Both the position numbers and the translations under genes were made by a program. The notes below the pieces were generated by a model. It was not told the origin of the DNA, made no database searches, and saw only the letters and a program-made list of their open reading frames with translations. This document shows positions 63,693 to 64,000 of a stretch of DNA of 64,000 nt, in pieces (position 1 is the first letter of the stretch; each line of letters opens with the position of its first letter). The DNA comes from Hydrolagus colliei (taxonomy: Eukaryota): NCBI GenBank assembly GCA_035084275.1, contig CM068747.1, positions 4,588,001-4,652,000 on the forward strand. The letters run 5' to 3'.

Positions 63693-64000
63693 GCAAGTTG
63701 TTGGCTCGGTGAAAAGATGGTAACAGTATTGGGAGAGGTTTCCATCGTATTACAACAGAAATGGGGTCATCTCGACCATGCAGTGTGGTTTGCAGTGAAG
63801 CATCAGCCCTCATTATGAGCTCAAATTACCAAAATGGTGGGGGCTTGGGATGTACAATCCTTTGACTCGGCAGTTCTACTAACTGAGAGAAGGTTTGCAC
63901 CGTCTAGGAGGGTCTTTTGGGTAAATAGCCGAGGAATGCAAGACTGTGCTTTAACCACTGTGACAACCTCTTAAGCATTTCAGGCGAGATATTTAATTAG

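Noticed and set aside
1-64000. CRISPR arrays, operons or prokaryotic defence systems
   Set aside because: Vertebrate retroposon-rich DNA with no regularly spaced repeat-spacer array and no dense coding.

Overview
Eukaryotic, AT-rich, repeat-dense vertebrate DNA. The repeat content (a very abundant tRNA-head SINE with a Deu-SINE-like tail, L2 and CR1 LINE fragments, LF-SINE-like relics, Penelope fold-backs) resembles what I recall from cartilaginous fish, most likely a chimaera such as Callorhinchus; this assignment is inference. Almost all ORFs in the supplied track are repeat read-through or chance. I cannot name any gene. I reconstruct two low-confidence spliced minus-strand candidates: a phase-compatible exon chain at 23.5-31.4 kb, whose upstream exon contains LF-SINE-like sequence, and a possible first exon at 4163-4237 behind tandem RFX-like boxes. 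Best-supported structural observations: (1) a ~593-bp apparently identical local duplication that splits a SINE; (2) a ~0.55/0.74-kb diverged duplication 40 kb apart; (3) Penelope-type fold-back elements, three with target-site duplications, carrying minimal hammerhead cores; (4) a 3' stem-loop with compensatory changes shared by the SINE and two L2 tail types; (5) a TA-flanked Tigger/pogo-like non-autonomous transposon. There is one assembly gap (24089-24375). No CRISPR, rRNA or genuine tRNA was seen. Repeat boundaries are approximate unless junction sequence is quoted.
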